Shown here piece after piece: positions 48,408 through 58,961 of a stretch of 64,000 nt of DNA; position 1 is the first letter of the stretch, and every line of letters starts with the position of its first letter. Origin of the DNA: Tubulanus polymorphus (Eukaryota; Animalia; Nemertea). The translations under genes were made by a program, and so were the position numbers. Location: positions 8,744,230 through 8,808,229 of the forward strand of contig NC_134036.1 of the NCBI RefSeq assembly GCF_964204645.1, in the 5' to 3' direction. Under the pieces are notes generated by a model that was not told where the DNA came from, made no database searches, and saw only the letters and a list, made by a program, of their open reading frames with translations.

Positions 48408-49293
48408 GGGCCGGTTTCACAAAGCGTAATTAACCCTTAATTATGATTAAATCACTAATCATGATTAAATTATCATGATTTAATCAAGTTAGGTGTTTCA
48501 CAAAACGTAATTAACTTTAATTATAATTAAGTTAATTACAAAATTTAATTCTCCTCTAGAGTGTAATTAAACCTTATAATCATCATTAGTTTATTATTAA
48601 AAACAAAAAGCTGCAGATATTATTCATGGAATTTGGTGTTTATTAATTGACGACGGCAATTCCTACACTTATTTAGTTCTTCAGATTGTTTGGCTCAAAT
48701 AATTTGAATTTTTTGCCTTTTGTAAAAAAGGCATGTCAATACTCTAAATTCTATTGATTTATTTTCAAACGTCCTATGTTTTGTCAGCACGACCACCACA
48801 TACTTAGAAGTATTGAATTAATTGATTTTGTCCATACATATGATAGATTTCCGTCAGTAGAGTACATATCTATGGAGTTAGTGTTAAAAAGTGCTAATCA
48901 CTGCGGAAATAAACCCCATTTACGAGGATTTAATTTTGCTGACTGGAGGTGAGTTTCTATTTAAAAACTTCTGAGACATCTTGCTAAGTTTTTCCACTGG
49001 TTCCTGAGACCTTTCAGAGCAATCTTTAACTCCCAAAGGAGTGAAATTCTCTTTTCCTCTAAACAAGGAAGGTTGTTGATGCTTGGACAGCAAATGGCTG
49101 TCTAAAGTTCCGCCATTTTGATACAGTTAAATTGTAATCAAGTTGCCTAATTATGTAATTAGTTAATTTTGTAATTAAACCCTTTCGTGAAACCGAATTT
49201 TAATCGTAATTAACTAATCATGATTAAGGAAATTTAATCATGATTTAGGTCCTAATTATAATTAAAGTTAATTATGCTTTGTGAAACCGGCCC
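48408..49293. mobile_element. PIF/Harbinger-type MITE
   Basis: TIR GGGCCGGTTTCACAAAGC; 3-bp TSD CAG at 48405-48407 and 49294-49296; subterminal TAATTA/TAATCA repeats. Confidence 0.88.
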
Positions 49294-49339
49294 CAGGTAT
49301 CAAAGGTATAAAACATCCCTTTTCAAAGAATACCCATCA

Positions 49340-49792
49340 CAAATTGCAATGAGAAATGGCAAACTCAGAATTCGGGCCAAAATTGACATTTTTGGGCACT
49401 AAAAAAGGTCATAGGACGGCCATCTTGAGTCCGTATCCCAATTTTTGTTATGCTGATGGGCCCAAGGGGCATTCACATATATCCGAAAGATCAAGGTAAT
49501 TGATCAAAGCATCTTCAAAATTTCCCTCAAAAAGTTCAAAAATGTGTAAAAAGTGTTGATTTTGGCGAACAACAATGGCTGCCAGTCGGCCATCTTGATT
49601 CTGACAGGGCCAGTTTTTGAGCTGAAGATGTGTCTAGGGTAGATACATGTGAAACCCAAATATCAAGACATTACATTGAAGCGTCTTCAAAACTTCCTAA
49701 AATAACTGATTTCCGTCTACGGACGGACGGACGACAGACGAAAAGTGAACGCAATAGCCCGCTGGGACTAAAGTCACAAGTGGGCTAAAAAT
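49340..49792 (+). repeat. Helentron/DINE-like non-autonomous remnant
   Basis: Repeated GGCCATCTTG blocks, (GGAC)n microsatellite, terminal hairpin AGCCC...GGGCT then an A-run. Confidence 0.5.
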
Positions 49793-50839
49793 AATGTTCA
49801 TTTAGTCATAGAAATCCATTGCCCTTTTGGAGTTTCTGTAATAATATTTGTTCTGCCCTAATTTTTATTACTGTATGAACCAATGATATGCTTTGTAAAT
49901 ATGATGTAATAAAATAAATTTGAATTAAATTTGAACATGAGAATCAAGCATAACTTGTGTTTTTTCAACTTTTCTTACTTGTCTTTTGTTAACAGTTCCA
50001 GAGTTTCAATTACAATCAAATCCAAATTGGCTAAAAAGTACATAGGACTAAATGAAATGAACGGTTAGTTACTGCAAACCTATTCCAGTGTTATGTCGAT
50101 CGTGTTGAATCACTTTCCTTGAGTTGAAAGAATCAGATCTTCTATGGTACAATATCGGTCGAAGAGAGATATATGGTGTTGACTGTCCTTGACCATCTAA
50201 CTTCATGCATTTGACATTGGAATAGGCATCATACCCATTTGAACTGCAAAATATTCATACAACATGAAAACCTACAGTATATGTATACAGTATTAATCAA
50301 ACTTTCACCGATGTCGGATATTTGAATGAACATTAGGTTTATTTCAGTACTCTAAAGCAGGAAATAATAAGCCCAATCAATAGGCCCTATTCCCATTGGA
50401 ACAATTATATAATGCGTACAGCTGTACCGTACACTTATCAGTCAAGAATGGAGAAATCGGTATACCAAACCTACGAACAGCAAAATGTACAGGCCTACAA
50501 TGATTTCTGGTAATACAAGCCGTGACCACATGAACGTTTTGGTTTGACTATTAATGTCAGCAGGTCAGAGAAGGCCTGGCCAAACTTAATCACATGGCTC
50601 AAATCAATTAGCCTTTCTGCGTGTGAATATTTCACTGTATTGTTTTAAAAATAGGCCTATCGAGTGAATTAGTACATAGACTGAATTAGACTTTAGGCTA
50701 GTCCTGACCAAATCCTATCCATATTATCATGGCACCAGTTATAGTAACATCACTGTAGGGCCGACGAGAGGGAAAAAGTTGTGTTTGTAGTACATAGGCA
50801 TGGTAGGCTTGTCGTACTCACTTAATACTTAAAACGCTG

Positions 50840-51307
50840 TTGTTACCTGTACGTGACTGTACGGTGATTTCTACAGGTTAGCCATATGTGAGTACGTTGA
50901 CGCTCAGACTTGCAATATTGGGATTCGAAACCAAACGAAAAAAAAAAATCCAGTAGTAGTCCAGTGATTTACCCACTGTGCCACAGAACGTAACTGGTGG
51001 GTGGATGAAATTTGATTTACAAATAGCCTAGCCTCACCTAACCCAAACTCTATTCTTTTACGCATGCGCGTTTGCAGATTATAGGAACTCACGTACAGCG
51101 TTTTTAGGGAATTCACGTACCGTTAACCTGTGGATATCACCGTACAGTCACTGGCACGTACGGGTAACAACTTCGTACTTAAAAAATGGTATTGGCTACT
51201 AGGAACTCACGTACGGCGTTAGTAGGGAACTCACGTACGGTTAACCTGTGGATATCACCGTACAGTCACGTACGCGTTACAATTTCGTACTTAAAATGGT
51301 ATTGGCT
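50840..51307. repeat. MITE-like inverted repeat with a tandemly duplicated right end
   Basis: GTACGTGACTGTACGGTGAT (~50849) is inverted at ~51136 and ~51254; 51084-51200 is duplicated at 51201-51307. Confidence 0.6.
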
Positions 51308-51326
51308 TCTATATAATAGGCCTATA

Positions 51327-51713
51327 TGTGACAGACATTCATAGATGACATTGGTTGAGTAATCTTTTGTTTTCTGAACGACACTCCAGCCTGTGGCGCC
51401 CTCTCGGTTATGTTCTGGTTGTGGGTTTGTGTGGTCATTCATCGTATTGATTCCGCGAATGGCGGTAACTTACCTAACTGTTGATGAATGAATAAATATT
51501 TGGCTATTTATGAAATATTGTTTGTCGCAGGTTGTTGGAGAGGCCGTGGAGTAATTTCTTTTCTACTGGTGGTTGGAGCCAAGGCTGCACACCCCAACAA
51601 AGCCGCTGCGACGAGGTACCAGCGAATCGTCGGATTGTCGAATCGAATGATTAAAATTACGTGTTCGAACCCTGATTACCCCTCACGATCGGTGGAGGAG
51701 AAGGGCGTTCACA
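51327..51713 (+). repeat. 5' LTR
   Basis: TGTGACAG...GTTCACA; AATAAA at ~51491; followed by a PBS-like TGGCACCTCCCCTGGGA at 51716. Confidence 0.97.
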
Positions 51714-52752
51714 ATTGGCACCTCCCCTGGGATCTCGAAATTGCGGGTCATATCAGGATCTTCAAATCCGAGAGATTTGCTTATAGTTCCGTAGCTCGAT
51801 TATCGTGCGAAGCGAATTCAACAGTCGAAATTGAGAGAAGTGGAGCAACGTTGCCGCTAATTACAAAACGTGGATTACAGGTGATATTGATGGTCAAGTC
51901 GTCAATTCTAAAGATCACTCGAAGGTAATCTAGTGAGAGGCGAATGTGGAAGCTAGCTTATTATAGTTATTTGTGTTAACCGGTACCGGTGATAATACTG
52001 TGTTGTCCTGTGTTGTGTATTGTGTGTTCGTCATATTGTGCTTTGACGGTGTATTGCATGTGGCGTGTGATTTATATAGTTTAGTATTGCTTGTGTGTTT
52101 CGTTCTGTCCTGGGCGAGGAGATCCGTGGATGGTGAAACCAAAACTCTTTTTTTTTGTTTATGGTGGTGTAAGAGACTGATTTTAGTTTTGCGGATTGTT
52201 CGTTTGGTGTAGAGACAGAGACTCTTTTCTTTTTATCTTCATTTCTTTTGCTTAATTTGATTTATTTTGATTTATGCTGGTAGCATTAAACTTGATTATT
52301 TTGATTTGCTTGACAGTATGATTATTCAAGTGCATGTTGTAATCTTGTGTTGCTTGGGTGGCTGAAATTTCAGTTGGAGTATTTTGCTTATGCGTAGAGG
52401 ATTGCTCGATTACAGTCATAATTAGTTGTTTCCTTGGTTATTGATAATTAATTGCTTGCTTGACACCCAGGAGGTGAATTAAGTTTTTTTCATTTTGTAA
52501 AACGGAATACTGTATATTTGTAAGAGGGTTCTTCCAGGTTATTATATGATTTGACCTGCGTTACATTAATAGTTTTATAACTGGAGTTTCCCTCTCTTGG
52601 GTGTAAGCGTGGTAAGTGCTATAACAAGGTTGGTGAGTACCTGTGTAATGTGAATCAATGCTATCATTTTTGAAATTGGGGTTGTACAAACCAATTCATT
52701 TGTGGGTAGTTAGCTCAGATAGTTCATACAGATAATCCAATTCAGTCCAATT

Positions 52753-54141
52753 ATGTCGTCGTTGCGGGCTGGCCATGTCGTCTCGGTTGGGTTCATTGGT
52801 TCAGTGAGTCTGGACCGGGAGGTTATTCGAGCGGAGTTTCTCAGGTTCGGTGAGGTTGAATTCGTTTGTGTATCTGGACAGACAGCGTATGTTGTGTTTG
52901 TCAACGCCAGCTCAGCTAAAAATGCAGTTGCTGCCGAAATCGAATTTCAGGGTAATGTGGTGCAGATAGTGGTTGTGCCGTTGGACCAGTTATCGGATGT
53001 AGAACAACAAATCGCTGAAGCGCGTATAGAGGAGATCCTTGGTGGGTTAAACCCTACTTTACGTGGATCCGTTGTAAACAGATTTTCTTACGGGGATGGC
53101 GCTACTTCACAGAAGCGATTGGGGTTTGAACCGGTGACTCCGCCCAGTTTTGCACCGTTCGAGGATCCGAGGCCGAAGGAGTTTGCTGAGTCGTCTAAAG
53201 GAAGACAAAATGTCGTGATAAACACTCCATCACGCCTCAGTACGTTTTCCGGTGAGGAGAATAAAACTGATGTCTCGTATCGGCAGTGGAAGAGTGAGGT
53301 GCGGGGTTTGCAGGCAGATGGTGTGTACTCGGATTCGCAAGTGGTGAATTTCATTCGTAGGTCACTGAAGGGTACAGCACGTGATTGTTTGTTGAACCTT
53401 GAGGGTGAGTACGGGTCAGACTTGTCGTTGAACATGGTGATCAATCGACTGGATACCCTGTTTGGGGAGATTCTAACTGCTAGGCAAGTATACGGAAAAT
53501 TTTATACAGCAGAGCAAGGTAGGGATGAGAGTGTGAATCTCTGGGCGTGTCGGTTGGAGGAGATACGGGGTCACGCCCCTGGACAGATTGATGAGGCGGA
53601 ACTGAAGACGCAGTTTTGGCAGGGATTGTTTAACAGGCAGCTTCAACTTGGGCTGCGTCCGCTGTTGTTATCTCATTCATACCAGGAAATGGTGGTTGAG
53701 GCAAGGAAATTGGAGCAAGAGTTTGGGTTCCAACCTGAAGGTCGGAAGATAGCAAGCGTTGGGAAAGAGGCATCTAACCTTGGAAGGATTCTGGTGCCTA
53801 GGCAGCACCAGATGTACGCTGAAGGTTCGGGCCAACTCGTAAAGACCGTTGAATCATTGGTGGAAACCGTTAATGAACTGAAACGGGAGATAACAGCATT
53901 GAAGATTGAAAGAACCTCAGATTATCACGATCAAGGTGACATCGCGCAGGCACGGGGCCGAGGAATGGATAGAGGCGGAGCAATACGCGGCCGAGGTTAT
54001 AATAACCGTCCAGTTTCACGTGGCCGTCGCAGAGGATGTTTTAACTGCGGGGGGTTGGACCATTTTCAGCGAGATTGTCGGCGGACGGGAAACCGGTCGG
54101 AGCCTGGCCCCGGACCCATGGGCCAGGCCAGTCGTCGTTAG
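52753..54141 (+). CDS. gag: Gag with N-terminal RRM-like domain, PNMA-like capsid and CCHC knuckle
   Basis: FLRFGEV...TAYVVF; LSTFSGE...YRQW...IRRSLKGTA; CFNCGGLDHFQRDC. Confidence 0.93.
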   Translation: MSSLRAGHVVSVGFIGSVSLDREVIRAEFLRFGEVEFVCVSGQTAYVVFVNASSAKNAVAAEIEFQGNVVQIVVVPLDQLSDVEQQIAEARIEEILGGLNPTLRGSVVNRFSYGDGATSQKRLGFEPVTPPSFAPFEDPRPKEFAESSKGRQNVVINTPSRLSTFSGEENKTDVSYRQWKSEVRGLQADGVYSDSQVVNFIRRSLKGTARDCLLNLEGEYGSDLSLNMVINRLDTLFGEILTARQVYGKFYTAEQGRDESVNLWACRLEEIRGHAPGQIDEAELKTQFWQGLFNRQLQLGLRPLLLSHSYQEMVVEARKLEQEFGFQPEGRKIASVGKEASNLGRILVPRQHQMYAEGSGQLVKTVESLVETVNELKREITALKIERTSDYHDQGDIAQARGRGMDRGGAIRGRGYNNRPVSRGRRRGCFNCGGLDHFQRDCRRTGNRSEPGPGPMGQASRR

Positions 54142-57100
54142 TGGGTCCAGCTAATGAATCGGATATTGTCGTCAATAAACAGCCTTGTCGAGCATTGATT
54201 GATACGGGGGCTCAGGTAACAACGGTCTCAAAGAGTTTCTTCAGTTCACTCGTGGATACGCAGCTGTTTCCTGTCAATGATTATTTGGATGTGAAGACCG
54301 CCGGTGGAACTGAACTACCCTATTATGGGTGTGCAGAAGTTACGTTGGTAGTGGAGCACCAGATACTCGATGTTTTGGTTTTGGTGGTTGAAGATACTAG
54401 TTACAGTGAGTCGGTGCCTGTAGTGTTGGGCACTAACGTGTTACAGCATTTGCACGATGACAAGGGAGCTGTTGGATTGGCGAAACAATGTTTGTCAGCC
54501 AAACCTGAGCAGGTGCGTACGACGACGGAAATAACTGTACCGCCTATGAGTCAACTTAGCGTGCATGGGCTGGTACGTGGAGTATCGACGGATTCGAGTT
54601 TGGTGATGACTTGCTCGTCGGAAGAGGTTAACCTACCTGGGACCCTACTGTTGGTACCTAGCATAAGTAAGATGGCGGCGGTGCAGTGTAACCGTATAAG
54701 CGTGGTGGTAAGGAATATTGGATGTCGGCCTGTCACCATTCCTGCTCGGTCACCGGTGTGTAGCATTGAGGGTGTGCGTCGAGTGGAGCCGAAGCTGATG
54801 AATAGTGCGATTCCTCTGCAGCGACAGTGTGGTGCAATAGGGTCAGGAGCAGATGATAAGTTTTTTGACTTTTTCAACTGGGAAGGTTGCGAGACGACTC
54901 CGGGGCAGCTTCTCCGGTTGAAAGACGTTCTGCGGAAGCATAAAGGAATTTTTTCGGTCGCTGATGAAGATACTGGACGTGCTTCCGCGATTCGACATGA
55001 GATCAATTTGACTGATAATGTACCGTTCAAGGAGAGGTATCGACGAGTTCCTCCGTCCATGGTGAACGAGGTGAGGGATCACCTTAACATGATGGCGTCC
55101 ACAGGAATCATCCGTCCATCTTTTAGTTCATGGTCATCACCGGTAGTTCTCGTCCGGAAAAAGGATGGCGGTCTTCGATTTTGTGTGGATTATCGGACCC
55201 TCAATCGGAGGACCGTGAAAGATCGGCAGACTCTTCCCCGCGCGGATGAATTAGTTGAAAGTGTTGCCGGTGCCAAGTATTTCACCACTCTCGACCTGAA
55301 GGCGGGATATTGGCAAGTCGAAGTGAAATAGGAGGATAAGTCGAAAACTGCCTTCAATGTCGGGCCGGGTTATGGATTTTGGGAGTTTAACGTGATGCCC
55401 TTCGGGTTGACAAATGCACCGTCAACGTTCCAGCGCTTAATGGAAAGGACTCTGGCGGATTTAAACCTCCGTGAATGTCTGGTTTTCATCGATGACATAC
55501 TTATTTTTTCGGACACATTCGAGGAGCATGTTGAGCGGTTGGAGCATGTGTTGGATCGACTTGCTGCTGCAGGACTGAAGTTAAAACCCTCAAAATGTGA
55601 GTTTTTACGGTCAGCAGTTGTTTACCTCGGGCACAGGATCTCTGAAAAGGGAGTTGAACCCGATCCAGCGAAATTAAGTGCTGTGAAGGATTGGCCGGCC
55701 CCTAGAACCGTAACTGAAGTGCGACAATTCCTGGGGTTTTCGGGCTATTATAGACGCTTTATAAAGGACTATGCCAGAGTAGCTGCTCCGTTAACGAAAT
55801 TGTTAACGGGAGTCACGAATCTTAAGGGGAAACGTAAGACAGCGGAACGGAGGATTGAGGTACAGTGGGGACAGAATGAAGAAAACGCATTCACGAGGTT
55901 GAAGGAGATGTTGACGTCAAGCCCCATCTTAGGGTTCGCAGACTTTAATAGACCCTTCGAGCTTCATACGGATGCAGCTCATGATGGATTAGGTGCGATC
56001 CTATACCAAACAGATGGAAAGGGAGTAAAGAAGGTAATCGCTTACGCAAGTAGAGGATTGAATGCTGCAGAGAAGAAGTATCCTGCGCACAAGCTTGAGT
56101 TCCTGGCTCTGAAATGGGCGGCGACGGAAAAGTTCCACGATTACTTGTATGGTAACAAATGTTGTGTCCATACTGATTCGAACCCCATGTCTTATGTGTT
56201 GAAATCTGCGAAACTGGATGCCACGGGACATCGCTGGCTACAGGCTTTATCAGTGTACGATTTGGAACTCGAATACCATAGTGGCGCTAATATGCGGGAT
56301 GCAGACGCGCTGAGTCGAAGTCCATTAAATCGGATCACTGCTGACGTCTTTGCAGCAATTTGTACCGTAAGTCCGTCAGTCCCTGTGACGAAAGCCGGAG
56401 GGGTAGCAGAGGTAGACATGCGGAAATTGCAGGAGCGAGACCCGACTATTCGACGCGTTGTTTCTTGTTTAAGGACTAAGACAAGATTCCGGCCAGCTAA
56501 GCCATCGGAGTACGGGATCTGTCGGGTTTTTAAGTCGCTGGAACTTCTGGATGATGTTTTGTACCGCAGAGTTGTTGAAAATAGAGTGTCAGAGCTGAAA
56601 GTTTGGTTGCCCTATTCGGAGAGGGCGGAGATGCTTGACTGTTTGCACGATCGGTTGGGGCATCCCGGCCGTGACAAAACGTTGGCGTTATTGAGACGAA
56701 GATGTTATTGGCCCGGAATGAAATCCGATGTCGAGGAATATTTGAAGAGTTGTAAGCGCTGTGTGCTGCTGAAGGCTTCGACGCCTACACAAGTTGCCCC
56801 GCTGGTCAGCATTGAGACATCGTACCCTATGGAGTTACTGTGCATTGATTTTTTAACATTGGAGCCGAGTCAAGGTTTCGAAAAGGTGCTTGTTATGACC
56901 GATCATTTCACTAAGTTTGCGATGGCTATTCCGACTAAAAATGAGACGGCTAGAACGGTGGCTAAGTGTTTATTCAACGAAGTGGTGCTGAAATTCGGAG
57001 CGCCTGTTCAACTTCATTCGGATCAGGGGCGTGCCTTCGAAAGTCGTGTGATCAAGGAGTTATGCGAGTTGACCGGTATGAGGAAAACCCGAACTACACC

Positions 57101-58328
57101 GTATAACCCTGCGGGCAATGGTGCTGTGGAACGGTTTAATGGTACGTTGATTCGACTACTGGGTAGTTTGCCGCCCGAGGCAAAGAGAAACTGGCGGAGG
57201 CATATTAATGCATTGGTGTATGCGTATAATTGCACGCCCCACGAGTCGACAGGCTTTGAGCCATTCTACCTTATGTTCGGAAGAAGACCCAGACTGTCAG
57301 TCTATAAGAAATTTGGTTGGGGTAATGAAGAAAGTGTGACGTCGACAACAGAGTATGTGAAGCAGATGGAAAATCAATTGGAAGTGGCGTGGAATTTGGC
57401 AGCAGATCACTTGTCTAGGCAAGGGGATAGACGGAAAGAGTTATATGACAGGAGAGCTAAGAGTGCAGAATTAACGCCCGGTGATATGGTGTTGGTCAAG
57501 CGTGAAGGATTTAGGGAACGACATAAATTAGCTGACCGCTGGGAATCGGTGCCTTATATCGTAGAAAGCAAGGTAACTGGAGATGTACCTGTTTACGAGG
57601 TAAAAAGAATTGAAGATGGGGGTAGGAGGATTCTGCATAGGAACAAGTTATTACCTTTGGCTACTCCTTTGCGTGACAGTGAGGAATCATTCCGAGTAAA
57701 GGAAGCAAACCCGGAGCATGTTACTTCGGAGAAAGTCGCTGTTGGTAATACTAATATGCCAGAGGAAATAGTTGCCGAAGTAGCGGACGATGGGTCCGAC
57801 GAGGAAGACTGGGTACTTGTCTCACGCGAAGTGGAAACTGCGGAGGAACCTCCCGTCGTTGAGCCTGGGATTGCGGGTGCGGACACCGTGTTATCTCGAA
57901 GTTCCATTGAGAGTGTTTCTCCAGCTCCAATTTCTGAGGAGATTGTGCGATCGGAAATGGCCTCCGTTCCGGAATCACCGGGAGCTGAGGGAACAAGCGA
58001 TTCTGTGGAGCATCCAGTTCTGGTTGACGTGGAGACTCCTCCGTTGAGCCCTTTGTCGGTGGATAGCGTGCCAGCTAGTTCACCCTCTGTTTCAACTTCA
58101 CCGGATGTTGACGAGCCAAGTCCTAGTTCGGAGGAGCGACCTGTGCCACGACCGCGGACGAGACGACCCCCGGCTTGGCAGCGTTCGGGTGAATTTCTAA
58201 TGTTCAACATGCAGACGGATCGTAGGAGGATTGAATTGTTCCTGGAATATGCGAAAATTCCGGAGGTTTTAGAGAATCCTAAACTGTTGGATGCGCTTGC
58301 CAACATGATCCGGACTGGTATAGAGTAG
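54075..58328 (+). pseudogene. pol: Pol (protease, RT, RNase H, integrase) with one in-frame TAG at 55329-55331
   Basis: LIDTGA; LDLKAGYWQ; FIDDIL; LHTDAA; HHCC; CIDF/HSDQG/VERFN. Confidence 0.96.
54087..54148 (+). promoter_or_regulatory. -1 ribosomal frameshift signal (G GGA AAC plus predicted pseudoknot)
   Basis: Heptamer in gag register at 54087-54093; stem GCCTGGCCC/GGGCCAGGC; loop GGACCCA complementary to TGGGTCC at 54142. Confidence 0.8.
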
Positions 58329-58574
58329 AGTGTAACATGTAAACTCGTTTAGTATATGCAATATGATATAAGAAGAAAATTAAAAAAACTATCAAAAAAA
58401 AGGGGGAGGGAACGTGTTGTTGTATCGTTTATTGTATCATGTGGTTGACTGCTGAAATCAGTTGTTGTTGGCCTTGACATTTTATTCTTCTTCTTATGCT
58501 GTCCCAGTTCGTGTACGATTTGTTCAGATACACTTTGAGATATCGAGGACGATATTTTACGGCTTGGGGGAGTA

Positions 58575-58961
58575 TGTGACAGACATTCATAGATGACATT
58601 GGTTGAGTAATCTTTTGTTTTCTGAACGACACTCCAGCCTGTGGCGCCCTCTCGGTTATGTTCTGGTTGTGGGTTTGTGTGGTCATTCATCGTATTGATT
58701 CCGCGAATGGCGGTAACTTACCTAACTGTTGATGAATGAATAAATATTTGGCTATTTATGAAATATTGTTTGTCGCAGGTTGTTGGAGAGGCCGTGGAGT
58801 AATTTCTTTTCTACTGGTGGTTGGAGCCAAGGCTGTACACCCCAACAAAGCCGCTGCGACGAGATACCAGCGAATCGTCGGATTGTCGAATCGAATAATT
58901 AAAATTACGTGTTCGAACCCTGATTACCCCTCACGATCGGTGGAGGAGAAGGGCGTTCACA
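58575..58961 (+). repeat. 3' LTR
   Basis: Direct repeat of 51327-51713, preceded by the PPT GGGGGAG. Confidence 0.97.

Larger units (their letters stand above)
51327..58961 (+). mobile_element. Full-length Gypsy/Metaviridae LTR retrotransposon, 7.6 kb
   Basis: Two 387-bp TG...CA LTRs with three visible mismatches, PBS, PPT, gag and pol in PR-RT-RH-IN order. Confidence 0.98.

Noticed and set aside
51488-51928. 146-aa and 109-aa (58736-59065) ORFs with the same N-terminus
   Set aside because: Both start inside the LTR copies and run into unrelated sequence; no domain recognised.
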